In this document: one piece after another, positions 36,352 through 47,322 of the stretch
Layout: each line of letters starts with the position of its first letter
Numbering within the stretch: the first letter of the stretch is position 1
From: an uncultured delta proteobacterium
Lineage (GTDB): Bacteria; Desulfobacterota; Syntrophia; Syntrophales; UBA5619
Assembly (NCBI GenBank): GCA_963817385.1
Contig: CAWFOM010000003.1
Location: 67,399 to 131,398 of the forward strand
DNA: 64,000 nt
Direction of reading: 5' to 3'
Position numbers and translations under genes: made by a program
Notes under the pieces: generated by a model
What the model saw: only the letters and a program-made list of their open reading frames with translations
What the model was told of the DNA's origin: nothing
The model's database searches: none

Positions 36352-37235
36352 AACCCCTCCGCCGGGCGGCCCTCGGCCTGGGCCTCCTGCTGATCGTTGC
36401 CTGCATGCCGAAGGAGATTCCCCCGCCCCTGCCGCCACCGCCGCGGCCGGCGAAGGTGGCCCTCGTCCTCGGCGCCGGCGCCTCCAGGGGGTTTGCGCAC
36501 GTCGGCGTCCTCAAGGTTCTCGATGCGCAGAAAGTTCCTATCCACCTGATCGTCGGGACCAGTTCGGGGAGCTTCGTCGGGAGCCTCTACGCCTACGGCC
36601 TCGACGTCTATCAGATCCAGAAGATGGCCCTCGCCATCCAGAAGGATGACGTGGTGGACCTGACCATTCCCGATAACGGATTCATCCGTGGAGAAAAGCT
36701 GGAGAATTTCGTCAACAAGGCGGTGCAGAATTGCACTCTCGAGCGGTTGAAGATCCCCTTCCTGGCGGTTGCCACCAACGTCCAGACCGGCGAGGAGACC
36801 GTCTTTGCGACGGGGAACACCGGGAAGGCCGTTCGGGCGAGCTGCTCCATCCCGGGGATCTTCCAGCCGGTCCGGATCGGGGAGAGGACCTACGTGGACG
36901 GGGGCGTGGTGAGCCCCGTCGCCGCGGATGCCGCCCGACAGGCGGGCGCCGATGTCGTGATCGCCGTGGACATTTCCACCGGCGTGGCGGGGGCTACGCC
37001 CCAGGGAACTCTGGAAACGATCCTCCAGTCGATCGATATCATGTATGCGAAGATCGCGGCGGCCCAGCTCAGAAACGCCGACGTGGTGATCCGCCCCCGG
37101 GTAAGCCACATCGGTTCGAGCGATTTCGACAAGCGTCATGAGGCGATCCTCGAGGGGGAGAAGGCGGCCCAGGAGGCACTGCCCCGGATCCAGTTGATCC
37201 TCGCGCGACTCCGCCTGGAAGGGCGCCTGCCGTAG
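36348..37235 (+). CDS. Patatin-like phospholipase (lipoprotein)
   Basis: Lipobox LIVAC; GAGASRG; GTSSG; DGG. Confidence 0.92.
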   Translation: MKPLRRAALGLGLLLIVACMPKEIPPPLPPPPRPAKVALVLGAGASRGFAHVGVLKVLDAQKVPIHLIVGTSSGSFVGSLYAYGLDVYQIQKMALAIQKDDVVDLTIPDNGFIRGEKLENFVNKAVQNCTLERLKIPFLAVATNVQTGEETVFATGNTGKAVRASCSIPGIFQPVRIGERTYVDGGVVSPVAADAARQAGADVVIAVDISTGVAGATPQGTLETILQSIDIMYAKIAAAQLRNADVVIRPRVSHIGSSDFDKRHEAILEGEKAAQEALPRIQLILARLRLEGRLP

Positions 37236-37287
37236 GGGACCGACAACAGGCAAAAAACGGTGGCCGTGCAGTCGGAACTACTCTGTC

Positions 37288-37692
37288 CTATTTTCCGGTG
37301 AAGAACTTCCGGATATCCCTTCCCATCTGCCTGAATGCCTCTCCGGTCTTTTTCCCGGCATCCCGGAACCACTCGCCGATTGTCCGGCCCTGTTTTTGGG
37401 CCTCCCGCTTGGTTTCCTGAATCCCCTCCTTGACCCCCTGAGAGACCTCCCTGGCCTCTTCCTTGATCTTTTGACCGGCTTCCTTTGTCCCTTCTTTGAC
37501 GGCCTGCCCGGTCTCCCGCCCCTTTTCCTTGATTTCCCGCCCGACCTCCTTCGCCCCCTGTCCAACATCTTTTGCCGCTTCCTTGATCCCTTTGCCGGCC
37601 TCTCGCGCCCCTTCCTTGAAGCCGCTGTCGGCGGCCGGGCACGGGACGGCCCAGAGGAGCACCATCATCACGGCGACCAAGATTGTTTTCAT
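37288..37692 (-). CDS. Secreted hypothetical protein with 11-residue amphipathic repeats
   Basis: Signal peptide, then repeats such as AGKGIKEAAKD / VGREIKEKGRE / TGQAVKEGTKE. Confidence 0.7.
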   Translation of the reverse strand: MKTILVAVMMVLLWAVPCPAADSGFKEGAREAGKGIKEAAKDVGQGAKEVGREIKEKGRETGQAVKEGTKEAGQKIKEEAREVSQGVKEGIQETKREAQKQGRTIGEWFRDAGKKTGEAFRQMGRDIRKFFTGK

Positions 37693-38046
37693 AAGCGCCT
37701 CCTTGTATATCGGGATAATTTCAGTTTATCATGGAAGGGGGGGATCGACAAGGAACGTTCCGAAGGCAGCCGTTTCAGTGTCCAGATGACCGAAATTTTG
37801 AGAGTTTTGGCTTATTCCGGCGGGCCTCGGGGCACTGGCGCCTTCGTCAGAGGTTCAGTGGGGAAAATTCTCGCAGTCTGGGACTGATGATGTTGAAGGC
37901 TTCTCACCACCGGCATCGGTTGACCATTGACGCCTGCCGGTCGTGCCGATATAATAAAACCGACGGGAATCATCCTGCGGTCATCGCAGGCGCCCGATTC
38001 GGAGGGGAAAGACGCTAACATCAACGCAACGCAAGGGAGGGACAAC

Positions 38047-38784
38047 ATGAAAGGGATATCATTTTTAATGATGCCGATGGTCCTGATGGCGGCGGCCCCG
38101 GCCGGGGCTGCCGGGGGGTTCGAGACGGATGTCCTGCCGACCGCGGCGGGGGATCTGAAGATCACGTTTATCGGCCACGCGTCGCTGATGTTCGAGTTTG
38201 GCGGAAAGGTCATCCACAGCGACCCGGTCGGCCAATTCGGGGATTACGGCAAGCTGCCGAAGGCCGATCTGATCCTGGCGGCACACGACCATTTTGATCA
38301 CTTCGATATGAAAACGATCGAATTGTTAAGCACGGCCAAGACGAAACTGGTCCTGACGCCGCTTGCCTTCTCCAAAATCGGGCGCGGTATCGCCCTGAAA
38401 AATGGAGAAGAAACCACCGTCGACGGTATCCGGATCCAGGCGGTTCCGGCCTACAACATCGTCCACATGCGGTCGCCCGGTATGCCCTACCATCCGAAGG
38501 GGGACGGGAACGGCTACATCCTCACCCTGGGCGACAAACGGGTCTACATTGCCGGGGATACGGAGAACATCCCGGAGATGAAGGGGCTCGGGCGGATCGA
38601 CGTCGCCTTCCTGCCGATGAACCTTCCCTATACGATGACGCCGGCAATGGTGGCGGACGCCGCCCGGATGGTCAGGCCCAAGATCCTCTATCCCTATCAC
38701 ACCACGGATACCGATACATCCAAGCTTCAGCCGCTGCTGAAGGACGAGAAGGAAATCGAGGTCCGGATCCGGCGGATGCCGTGA
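38047..38784 (+). CDS. MBL-fold metallo-hydrolase
   Basis: FIGHAS; HDHFDHFD; YIAGDT; YPYH. Confidence 0.88.
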   Translation: MKGISFLMMPMVLMAAAPAGAAGGFETDVLPTAAGDLKITFIGHASLMFEFGGKVIHSDPVGQFGDYGKLPKADLILAAHDHFDHFDMKTIELLSTAKTKLVLTPLAFSKIGRGIALKNGEETTVDGIRIQAVPAYNIVHMRSPGMPYHPKGDGNGYILTLGDKRVYIAGDTENIPEMKGLGRIDVAFLPMNLPYTMTPAMVADAARMVRPKILYPYHTTDTDTSKLQPLLKDEKEIEVRIRRMP

Positions 38785-38872
38785 TGGGCGGCTGCGCAGG
38801 AATTGATTCGGGAAAAGGCGTAACTGAAGCGTCTATGGCGAAGCCCGGGCGTGCGTTTCAGACGGGGGTGAC

Positions 38873-40312
38873 ATGTCGATCCGTTTGCGGATGATAGATG
38901 AATGGCGGTGGGAGGTCCCACAGGAGGGCGGGATGCGCGTCCCCGGGATCATCTACGCCAGCGAGAGGCTGCTCAAGGGGATGGGGAGCGATGAGGGGCC
39001 GCGGCAGGTGGCGAACGTGGCCCATCTGCCGGGGATCGTGACGGCCTCGCTCGCCATGCCGGACATGCACTGGGGATATGGATTCCCGATCGGCGGCGTC
39101 GCCGCCTTCGACATGGAGGAGGGGATCGTCTCGCCCGGCGGCGTCGGTTACGACATCAACTGCGGCTGCCGGTTGATGACCACCCGTCTCGCGCATCAGG
39201 ATATCCGGGACCGCTTGCAGGGACTCGTCACGGCCCTCTTTCAACGCATCCCCTCCGGGATCGGTTCCCGGGGGTCGCTCCGCCTCTCCGCAAAGGATCA
39301 GCGGCAGGTCCTCACCGAGGGGGCGGCCTGGGTGGTCCGGCAGGGCTACGGCACGGCGGCCGACCTGGAGACGACGGAGGACGGCGGGGTGATGGCGGGC
39401 GCCGATCCGGATACGGTGAGCGACCGGGCGCTGGAGCGGGGGAAAGACCAGCTTGGAACGCTCGGATCGGGGAACCACTTCCTCGAGATCGAGGTGGTCG
39501 AGGAGATCTTTGACGGCGCGGCGGCCTCCGCCTTCGGCCTGGCGCCGGGCCAGATCTGCGTCCTCATCCACAGCGGCTCCCGGGGCCTCGGCTATCAGGT
39601 CTGCGACGATTACCTCGCCCGGATGGTCAAACACATCCACGAAATCGGGATTCCCCTTCCCGATCGCCAGCTCGCCTGCGCCCGGCTTTCGTCTCCCCGG
39701 GGGCGCGACTATCTCGCGGCGATGGCGTGCGCGGCCAACTACGCCTGGGCCAACCGCCAGATGCTCATGCACCTGACGCGGGAAACCTTCGAACGGACGC
39801 TGGAGATGTCTCCCCGCGAACTGGGGATGAGGCTTCTCTACGATGTATGCCACAATATCGCCAAGATCGAAACCCTCCCCCTGCACGGAAAGGAGGTCCG
39901 CCTCTGCGTCCACCGGAAGGGGGCAACCCGCGCCTTCCCGCCGGGACATGCGGCCCTTCCGCAGGCCTACCGGAAGGCGGGTCAGCCGGTCCTCATCCCC
40001 GGGGACATGGGGACGGGTTCCTATGTCCTGGCGGGGACCGAGCGGGCGTTTGCGGAGACGTTCGGGAGCGCATGCCACGGGGCCGGACGGGTAATGAGCC
40101 GCACCCAGGCGGTGAAGGCGTGCCGCGGAAGGTCGATCCCGCGCGAGATGGCCGAGCGGGGGGTGATCGTCATGGCCTCCGGGCGGGGGACTCTTCTGGA
40201 GGAGATCCCCGAGGCCTATAAGGATCTCAACGAGGTCGTGGAGGTAGTCCACCGGGCGGGCCTCGCCACGAAGGTGGCGCGCCTGCGGTCTCTGGGCTGC
40301 ATCAAGGGTTGA
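38873..40312 (+). CDS. rtcB: RtcB RNA ligase
   Basis: MPDMHWGYGFPIGG; GYDINCG; GSGNHF; HSGSRG; HRKGAT; HGAGR. Confidence 0.96.
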   Translation: MSIRLRMIDEWRWEVPQEGGMRVPGIIYASERLLKGMGSDEGPRQVANVAHLPGIVTASLAMPDMHWGYGFPIGGVAAFDMEEGIVSPGGVGYDINCGCRLMTTRLAHQDIRDRLQGLVTALFQRIPSGIGSRGSLRLSAKDQRQVLTEGAAWVVRQGYGTAADLETTEDGGVMAGADPDTVSDRALERGKDQLGTLGSGNHFLEIEVVEEIFDGAAASAFGLAPGQICVLIHSGSRGLGYQVCDDYLARMVKHIHEIGIPLPDRQLACARLSSPRGRDYLAAMACAANYAWANRQMLMHLTRETFERTLEMSPRELGMRLLYDVCHNIAKIETLPLHGKEVRLCVHRKGATRAFPPGHAALPQAYRKAGQPVLIPGDMGTGSYVLAGTERAFAETFGSACHGAGRVMSRTQAVKACRGRSIPREMAERGVIVMASGRGTLLEEIPEAYKDLNEVVEVVHRAGLATKVARLRSLGCIKG

Positions 40313-40318
40313 GTGTTC

Positions 40319-40750
40319 CTACAAGCCGTAGAGTTTCGCCCCCGGCAGGACGGTCAGGCCGTTTTTCTGGAGGACCTCGATCGCCTTATCCGGGGCGTCG
40401 AACCGGAAGATGATCACGGCGTGCTCGCCGCTCCTCTCCACAAAGGCATACATGTATTCGACGTTGATCCCGTTTTTTGACAGGACCGCGAGAATGTTGT
40501 GGAGACCGCCCGGACGGTCCGGTACCTCGACGGCCACGACGATGGTCCGGCTGAAACGGAAGCCGTTTTCTTTGAGGACCCGGCTCGCCTTGTCGACGTC
40601 GCTTACGATCAGGCGGAGGATGCCGAAGTCGGAAGTGTCCGCCAGCGACAGGGTTCTGATGTTGATCACTGCGTCCTTCAGGATGCGGGTCGCCTCTTCA
40701 AGACTCCCCGGTTTGTTCTCCAGAAATATGGAAATCTGTTCCACCTTCAT
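40319..40750 (-). CDS. ACT domain protein
   Basis: [23 protein letters not shown]; typical partner downstream of paaK. Confidence 0.9.
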   Translation of the reverse strand: MKVEQISIFLENKPGSLEEATRILKDAVINIRTLSLADTSDFGILRLIVSDVDKASRVLKENGFRFSRTIVVAVEVPDRPGGLHNILAVLSKNGINVEYMYAFVERSGEHAVIIFRFDAPDKAIEVLQKNGLTVLPGAKLYGL

Positions 40751-40819
40751 TACCGAACCCCCTCTCTGCCCTTCCCCTGCGGTTACCCGGCAGGGAGGGC
40801 CGGTGAAAAAAATGCCGCC

Positions 40820-42127
40820 TCAGATCTGACGCCTGTCCTGCACCCGGCTCGCCCTCCCCTCGAATCGCTGGAGGGATTTGGGCTCCACGAGCTTCACCTT
40901 GGCGGAGAGCCCCAGGTAGTCCTTGATGTCCTTCATGATGCGCCGCTCAGTGTTCTGGAGGACCTTCACCTCGTCGGCATTGGCGAAAAGCCGTTCGCTG
41001 ACCTCCACCTGGATTTCGAGGGTATCGAGGTTGCCGACGCGCTCCACAATGATCTGGTAGTGCGGTTCCACCCCCTCGATTCCCACGAGGACCGCCTCGA
41101 TCTGGGAGGGGAACACGTTGATCCCGCGGACGATCAGCATATCGTCGCTGCGGCCTGTGATGCGATCCATCCGGGCGAGCGTCCGGCCGCACCGACACGG
41201 CTCCGGCAGCAGACGGGAGATATCCCTCGTCCGGAAACGGATCAGGGGAAACGCCTCCTTCGTGATCGTCGTGAATACCAGTTCCCCCTCTTCGCCCGGC
41301 GGCAGAAGTTCACCGGTTTCCGGGTTGATCACCTCCACGAGGAAATGGTCTTCGAAGATGTGCATGCCATGCCGCTCCTCAAGACATTCCATGGAGACCC
41401 CGGGGCCCATGACCTCCGAGAGGCCGTAAATGTCGAGCGCGGTAATGCCCAAGGCAGTTTCGATCTCCTGCCGCATCTTTTCGCTCCAAGGTTCGGCCCC
41501 GAAGATCCCGATCCGGAGCTTCAGGGCCTTCATGTCTACCCCCATCTCCTTCCCCTGTTCCGCGAGATTGAGGGCATAGGAGGGGGTGCAGCAGATCGCC
41601 GTCGGGCCGAAGTCTTGGAGGATCATGATCTGCCGCTTCGTGTTGCCGCCGGACATGGGGATGACGCTTGCCCCCAGCTTCTCGGCCCCGTAATGGACGC
41701 CCAAGCCCCCGGTGAATAGGCCGTAGCTGTACGCGTTGTGGAGGACGTCGTTCTTCGTGAGCCCCGCGGCCACCAGACAGCGTGCCATCAGCTCCGACCA
41801 GGTGTCGATGTCCCTCTTGGTATAGCCTACGACGGTCGCGCGGCCGGTTGTCCCGGAGGAGGCGTGAAGACGCACGACGCTGCTCATCGGAACGGCGAAC
41901 ATGCCGAAGGGGTAGTTGTCCCGAAGGTCCTGTTTCGTGGTGAAGGGGAATTTCCTGAGATCATCGAGGGAGTTGATATCGTCCGGCTGGACGCCTGCCT
42001 CATCGAAGGCCCTCCGGTAAAAGCCTACGGTATGGTAAACCCGCTGGACGACCTGTTTGAGCCTCTTGAGCTGAAGAGTTTCCAAAACCTCGCGCGGCAG
42101 CGTTTCAAAATCTTCGTTGTAGATCAT
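40820..42127 (-). CDS. paaK: Phenylacetate-CoA ligase family
   Basis: [44 protein letters not shown]. Confidence 0.93.
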   Translation of the reverse strand: MIYNEDFETLPREVLETLQLKRLKQVVQRVYHTVGFYRRAFDEAGVQPDDINSLDDLRKFPFTTKQDLRDNYPFGMFAVPMSSVVRLHASSGTTGRATVVGYTKRDIDTWSELMARCLVAAGLTKNDVLHNAYSYGLFTGGLGVHYGAEKLGASVIPMSGGNTKRQIMILQDFGPTAICCTPSYALNLAEQGKEMGVDMKALKLRIGIFGAEPWSEKMRQEIETALGITALDIYGLSEVMGPGVSMECLEERHGMHIFEDHFLVEVINPETGELLPPGEEGELVFTTITKEAFPLIRFRTRDISRLLPEPCRCGRTLARMDRITGRSDDMLIVRGINVFPSQIEAVLVGIEGVEPHYQIIVERVGNLDTLEIQVEVSERLFANADEVKVLQNTERRIMKDIKDYLGLSAKVKLVEPKSLQRFEGRASRVQDRRQI

Positions 42128-42304
42128 AAGTCCTCCCCTCTTGTTCGGCATATCGGAAAAAGCGCCGGGCATTCCTGTTTTTTTCGCCGTTGCGCAAACA
42201 AAACTCGCTTCCGGGTAGGAAAAGTTATAGCAGAAGTTTTTCTCGGGGGCAAGGAGACCTTTGGGAAACCCTCTTTCAGGGTTATGGGATGGGGGATAAT
42301 AAGT

Positions 42305-43258
42305 TCAGGAGGCCGGACGGGGGCGCCGGGCATAGCGGTACCAGAGACGCAACAACCTGACCGTCACGATGGCCATGATGATCCGGGGGACATAGATCCA
42401 AAAAGGATGGATGCCCATCGGCAGGAAGAGGGGCGGGTCTTCAACCATCGAGTGGTTCATCCCGATGGAGAGGTGGAGGATCTCCAGCTCATCCCGGCTC
42501 AGATGGCCGCTTTTCGCCTCCTCCACGATGATCGCCCCGCCGTAGGAGAGGCCGAAGATCACCGCGGTCATCCAGAGGAATCCCACCTTCTGGTCGAGGC
42601 CCATGATCCGGAGCAGCGGGCTGAGCGCCCGGACGAAGGGGTGAATCAGCTCGAAGGATTTGAGGAGTTCCAGCAGGGAGAGCAGGAGCATGATGATGAC
42701 GAAGATCTTCGCCGTGAGGCGGCCCGTGGTCAACGCCCAGTGGCGCATCATCTCCGGGAAGGCCGGAGGGGCGCTCAGGACGCCGCCCGCCGCGGCGGGC
42801 ATGACCGGGGAGCTTCCCACCCAGGGTGCCATCACGAGAAGAGTGACGACGGCGGCCCCGACGCGGACCAGCGTCGCTTTCGCTGGGTGAATGCCGGATT
42901 GTCCTTGGATGATACCCTCCTGGATCAGGGCGTGGGCCATCAGGATGAAGACGGACATGAGCGTCATCTGGGCCGTGCTGAACGGGAGGACGGCCATCGC
43001 GGCGATCCCTCCGTACACCGAACTCAGCATGCCGATGACAAGCGGCAGGGCGGCGGTCGACGGGAGGCTGAAGAGCCCCATCAGAGGAGTGAGGAGAACA
43101 TCCGCATGACGCAGAAAGCCGCTCCAATCGAGGATCGCGGTGAAAAGCGAAATCGGGACGATGATCTTCATCATCCACACAAATCCGCTCCACCCTTTCC
43201 TCAGGCCGGCGACGCTCCCCTCTTTCAGCAATCTCCGGTAATCTTTTTCTTCGGTCAT
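42305..43258 (-). CDS. Nucleoside-recognition (gate) domain membrane protein
   Basis: Two hydrophobic repeats; LTPLMGLFSLP; FGLSYGG; HSMVED. Confidence 0.7.
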   Translation of the reverse strand: MTEEKDYRRLLKEGSVAGLRKGWSGFVWMMKIIVPISLFTAILDWSGFLRHADVLLTPLMGLFSLPSTAALPLVIGMLSSVYGGIAAMAVLPFSTAQMTLMSVFILMAHALIQEGIIQGQSGIHPAKATLVRVGAAVVTLLVMAPWVGSSPVMPAAAGGVLSAPPAFPEMMRHWALTTGRLTAKIFVIIMLLLSLLELLKSFELIHPFVRALSPLLRIMGLDQKVGFLWMTAVIFGLSYGGAIIVEEAKSGHLSRDELEILHLSIGMNHSMVEDPPLFLPMGIHPFWIYVPRIIMAIVTVRLLRLWYRYARRPRPAS

Positions 43259-43485
43259 TCCTGTTTTTCCCGAACCGCTCAGATTTGCGCCTTCCCGGTT
43301 CGCCTGCGCGCTGGCGCAAGCCGACTCGGATGGTGCTTTTTAGCAGATCGGCGGTGAAAAAGGGAGGGCTTTTTTGATCGGGGTGGTCGGCTTGCATTTT
43401 TCTGTAATCTCCTTTGCGGAAATGGAGCGGATATGCTACTCAGTTCGCTACTTACGGGAGAAAACAGGTCTTTCAGGAGATCGGG

Positions 43486-44817
43486 ATGAAACTGACCATC
43501 TACCGCAAGCTGCTTGCGAGCTATCTGGCGATGGCTCTGCTGACCGTGCTTGCCAGCGCCTATGCCATCTTCAGCCTCCAGCAGCTCAACGCGCTCGCCT
43601 ACCGCATCATCAACGAGGATTTTGCCGTCATTGAGCTCAGCAAGAAGCTGCTGGATACCCTCATCGCCCAGGAAAGCGCCGAGAAACGGTACCTCATCCT
43701 GAAGGATCCGGCCATCGAAGAGATCTTCTGGTCGCGCAGACGGGAATTCGACGGCATCATGGGGCAGTTCACACACAAGCGCATCTCCACCGTCGCGCCG
43801 ACGCTCGCCAGGATCTCCCTGCTCCAGGGCCAGTATGTCGAGCTCTTTACTCGGGAGGTTGCGCTGATCCGGGAAAAACAGTTCGAAGAGGCGCAGGCGA
43901 TCTCCGAAAATCCGGGCAATAAGGCGATCGACGAACTGGCCGTGCTGATACGGTCCGTCCAGAGGCGGGCGGAGGGTGCGATCGACGCCAGGCTCAACGA
44001 GATCAATGCACAGGGCCTCAGGGCATCCCGGTTGACGGTCGTGCTCTCTTTGGGAAGCCTCGTGGTGGGGCTTCTGCTTGTATTGCTCGTCACCACCAAC
44101 ATCTCCCGGCCGCTTAGGAGGCTCGAGAAGGCGACCGCCCTCATTGCCGAAGGGGACTTTGACTTCGACATCCGTATGAACCGCCGTGACGAGATCGGGA
44201 GCCTGGCCCATGCCTTCGGGGTGATGAGCCGGCGTCTGAAGGTCCTTGAGGAGCGGAGCCGTGATGCCAGCCCGCTCACGGGACTCCCCGGGAATCGGGC
44301 GATCGAGGAGGAGATCACCAAGCGCCTGGAGGCGAAACAGCCGTTCTCGCTTTGCCATGTGGATCTTGACAATTTCAAACCCTTCGCCGATAAGTATGGC
44401 TATGCTTGGGGCAGCGAGGTGATCAAGGAGGTCGCCGGTCTGATCGCGGCCCAGGTGAAGGAGGCCGGGACGCCGGAGGATTTTCTGGGCCATATCGGCG
44501 GGGACGATTTCGTGATCATATCCGCACCGGCGCGAGCCGTAGAGCTCTGCCGCCGGATCGTCGCCGGCTTTGATGAGCGGATCGGGAAGTTCTACCTGGA
44601 AGAGGACCGGGGTCAGGGATTCTTCATCGGGAAGGATCGGCGGGGGAGTGAGCAGACATTCCCGCTGATCACCGTTACGATGGCAATCGTTACCGATAAC
44701 GGTTCCCGATTTCGAAATCCCCTCGAAATGGCCGAGATGGCGGCTCAGCTCAAGGAGTATGCGAAGACCCTCCCGGGGAGCAATTACGTGACGGAAAAGG
44801 ATATACCGAAGAGATGA
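43486..44817 (+). CDS. Membrane sensor diguanylate cyclase (HAMP-GGDEF, GGDDF variant)
   Basis: Two TM segments; RRDEIGSLA HAMP; PLTGLPGN; DLDNFK; HIGGDDF. Confidence 0.88.
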   Translation: MKLTIYRKLLASYLAMALLTVLASAYAIFSLQQLNALAYRIINEDFAVIELSKKLLDTLIAQESAEKRYLILKDPAIEEIFWSRRREFDGIMGQFTHKRISTVAPTLARISLLQGQYVELFTREVALIREKQFEEAQAISENPGNKAIDELAVLIRSVQRRAEGAIDARLNEINAQGLRASRLTVVLSLGSLVVGLLLVLLVTTNISRPLRRLEKATALIAEGDFDFDIRMNRRDEIGSLAHAFGVMSRRLKVLEERSRDASPLTGLPGNRAIEEEITKRLEAKQPFSLCHVDLDNFKPFADKYGYAWGSEVIKEVAGLIAAQVKEAGTPEDFLGHIGGDDFVIISAPARAVELCRRIVAGFDERIGKFYLEEDRGQGFFIGKDRRGSEQTFPLITVTMAIVTDNGSRFRNPLEMAEMAAQLKEYAKTLPGSNYVTEKDIPKR

Positions 44818-45383
44818 ACCGATTGCTGGCTGCCTGTTTCGGGCTTTTGGCTTTGCTGTTCCTGGCAGGGTGTGCGGCAACGGCGCCGCCGGCGCCGACG
44901 GCGGAAAAGCGGGAGGTTGCGGTAGCCACTCCTGCGCCGCCGGCCGAGGAGCCGGTGGCGCCCCGGACAGCACCGCGCCTGGTTGAGGATCGCGATCTCT
45001 TTTTGGAAGGGAGCGCCCTCCTCAGCCCACCGGGCGGACCGGATCCGGCGAAGGCACGTGCGGTCTTTGCCTCCCTGATCCTGCGCTATCCCCAGAGCCG
45101 GTGGCGCTCCGCCGCGGAGAGCGTCATCCGCCTGATCGACGAGAACAGGGAAGTGTTGGAGGCCTGCCTGGAGGATCATCTCCTGCAGGAACAGCTCCTG
45201 GCGGAGAGGTCCGCGGCGCTGCAGGAGAACGAATCCCTGAAGAACACTCTTCGGGTGTTGCAGGAAAGGCTGCAAACGGAGACGGCGGCGCTCATCCAGG
45301 AGAACGAAAAGCTCAAGACCGATCTTCAGCGGCTCAAGACCCTTGATATCGAGCTCGAAAAGCGGGAGCGGATGCTCCGCTGA
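44814..45383 (+). CDS. Hypothetical lipoprotein with coiled coil
   Basis: Lipobox LAGC; ATGA overlap with upstream gene. Confidence 0.75.
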   Translation: MNRLLAACFGLLALLFLAGCAATAPPAPTAEKREVAVATPAPPAEEPVAPRTAPRLVEDRDLFLEGSALLSPPGGPDPAKARAVFASLILRYPQSRWRSAAESVIRLIDENREVLEACLEDHLLQEQLLAERSAALQENESLKNTLRVLQERLQTETAALIQENEKLKTDLQRLKTLDIELEKRERMLR

Positions 45384-45404
45384 GAGGGCGCGGAAGAACA
45401 CCGT

Positions 45405-45956
45405 TCAGGCGTGTCGTCCGTTCTCTTCGTCCAGATAGGCTCGGGCCATCTCAATGCCCAAGGCGGTTTTGGCGTCGACGATCCTTCTGTCCCGGATCAT
45501 CCGGCCGGCCTCATCGAACGAGACCGTCATGACCCGGATATATTCATCCTCATCAGCCGGCAGCGTTGCCGGATGGAGATCGCGGGCGAGGAAGAAATGC
45601 ATGTATTCGGTACCGTATCCGGGGACCAGATATCCCTCGAACAACTTGACGAGCCGTCCCGCCTGAAAACCCGCCTCCTCTGCCAGCTCCCGTTGAACGC
45701 ACTCTTCAACCGCTTCACCTCCGCGGTCCATGGTGCCGGCGGGGATTTCCACGAGCATTCCCCCCGTTGCATGGCGGTATTGGCGGATCAGGACCAGCTT
45801 CCCCTCGGGGTTCACCGGGACGACGGCGATCGTGGGGCGGTGGTCGATCCAGCTCTGTTTGACGATCCGGCCATCGGGCAGACGGACGTCTCCCTCGAAG
45901 ACGTCAAAGATTCTGCAGTGGTATACCAGGGTGCGGTTGAGTTCGGGTACCTGCAT
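45405..45956 (-). CDS. NUDIX hydrolase (ADP-ribose pyrophosphatase-like)
   Basis: LIRQYRH; EIPAG...RELAEEAG; IVDAKT. Confidence 0.9.
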   Translation of the reverse strand: MQVPELNRTLVYHCRIFDVFEGDVRLPDGRIVKQSWIDHRPTIAVVPVNPEGKLVLIRQYRHATGGMLVEIPAGTMDRGGEAVEECVQRELAEEAGFQAGRLVKLFEGYLVPGYGTEYMHFFLARDLHPATLPADEDEYIRVMTVSFDEAGRMIRDRRIVDAKTALGIEMARAYLDEENGRHA

Positions 45957-45979
45957 GGCTTCACGGTTCCTTCGGTTAG

Positions 45980-46539
45980 TTAGTTGGTCTTCATGATGGC
46001 GAGAAGGTGCTGTTCGATGGTCTCCTTCGGCAGGGCGCCCACCAGGGTGTTGACCAGGTTGCCGTTCTTGAACAAAAGCATCGTCGGGATGCTGCGTACG
46101 TTGTATTGGGATGCCGTCAGGGGATTTTCATCGACGTTGAGTTTGGCGATCCGGACGCCGCCCGCATACTTGGCCGCCAGCTCCTCGAGAATCGGTCCCA
46201 CCGTACGGCAGGGACCGCACCAGGGGGCCCAGCAGTCGACGAGGACCGACCCGGGGAGGAGAGGATCTCCCGGGAGAAGGTGCTGTCGGTCACGTCGATG
46301 GGACGCCCCTGATCGCCCGTCACGACCAGGGTGGCGCCGCATTTGCCGCAGAGCGGCCGATCGTTGAGGCGGTTTTCGGGCATCCGGTTCTTCGTCCCGC
46401 AGCCGAGGCAGCGGATGATCATCTCGTCCATCGTGGCGCCGCACTTGCCGCAGAGCGGACGGTCATGGAGCCGTTCGTTCGGGATGCGATTTTTCGTTCC
46501 GCAGTTCAGGCAGCGGATCACCATCTGCTTGTCTGTCAT
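45980..46539 (-). CDS. trxC: Thioredoxin 2-like with duplicated zinc finger, frameshift ~46255
   Basis: Two CxxC...CxxC modules, then WAPWCGPC. Confidence 0.88.
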
Positions 46540-47018
46540 ATGGCCACCTTCACCGTGACGGGTTTCAAAACCCGTATCAGTTCCGCCGGCGACATCTCGG
46601 CCAAGAGCCCCCGGCTGCCGGCATTGATCAGGATGCGAGGCAGGGCGGCGATCCCTTCCTCAATGAAAATCCGCAGAGGCTTCTTTGTTCCGAACGGGGA
46701 GGTGCCTCCCACCCGGTAGCCGGTATGTTTTTCCGCAATCCGGGGCTCGCAGGGGGTGATGGCCTTGACGCCGAGGAGCCTCGCCAGGGCCTTCGTGGAG
46801 ACCTGCCGGTCCCCGTGCATGAGGATGATGAGCGGAGCGCCATGTTCATCCTCCATGACGAGGGTCTTGATCACGACGTGCTCATCCACTCCCAGCTCCT
46901 GGGCCGACACCCGTGTGCCTCCATGTTCCTCGTAACGATACGGGTGCAGGGTGAAGGCCAGCCCGTTCTGTTTCATGGCGAGGATGGCGGGAGTGACCGG
47001 TATCCGCTCCTTGGTCAT
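46536..47018 (-). CDS. ybaK: YbaK/EbsC aminoacyl-tRNA deacylase
   Basis: VIKTLV; HTGYRVGGTSPFG; INAGSRG. Confidence 0.9.
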   Translation of the reverse strand: MTKERIPVTPAILAMKQNGLAFTLHPYRYEEHGGTRVSAQELGVDEHVVIKTLVMEDEHGAPLIILMHGDRQVSTKALARLLGVKAITPCEPRIAEKHTGYRVGGTSPFGTKKPLRIFIEEGIAALPRILINAGSRGLLAEMSPAELIRVLKPVTVKVAI

Positions 47019-47322
47019 GCCGTCCCTCTCTTTCGTGAAGACCGGGTCTTTCAAAATTGCCATCAGTTATACGGAAATGACCCAACAACATTAGTATAAA
47101 CATGAAATGCCTGAAGGTCAATGCCCTCTGTGCCGTGCCTGTCCGCTGCTCCGTTTCCCTATGGATACCCCCATGACGAGTCCGGGTGCACAACCGGCGC
47201 CATGACCCCGCGGCGGGCAAAAGGTCCTTGACAGCTCAGTGGTTTTTGCCTATCTTCTGCATCCATTTTCTCCTGTCAACGAGGGCGGGAACCGATCGAC
47301 AATTCTTTGAGAGAGGTAAGCC

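Noticed and set aside
38873..40312. rtcB without adjacent archease or rtcA as a novel system
   Set aside because: Stand-alone rtcB is common and partners may lie elsewhere in the genome.
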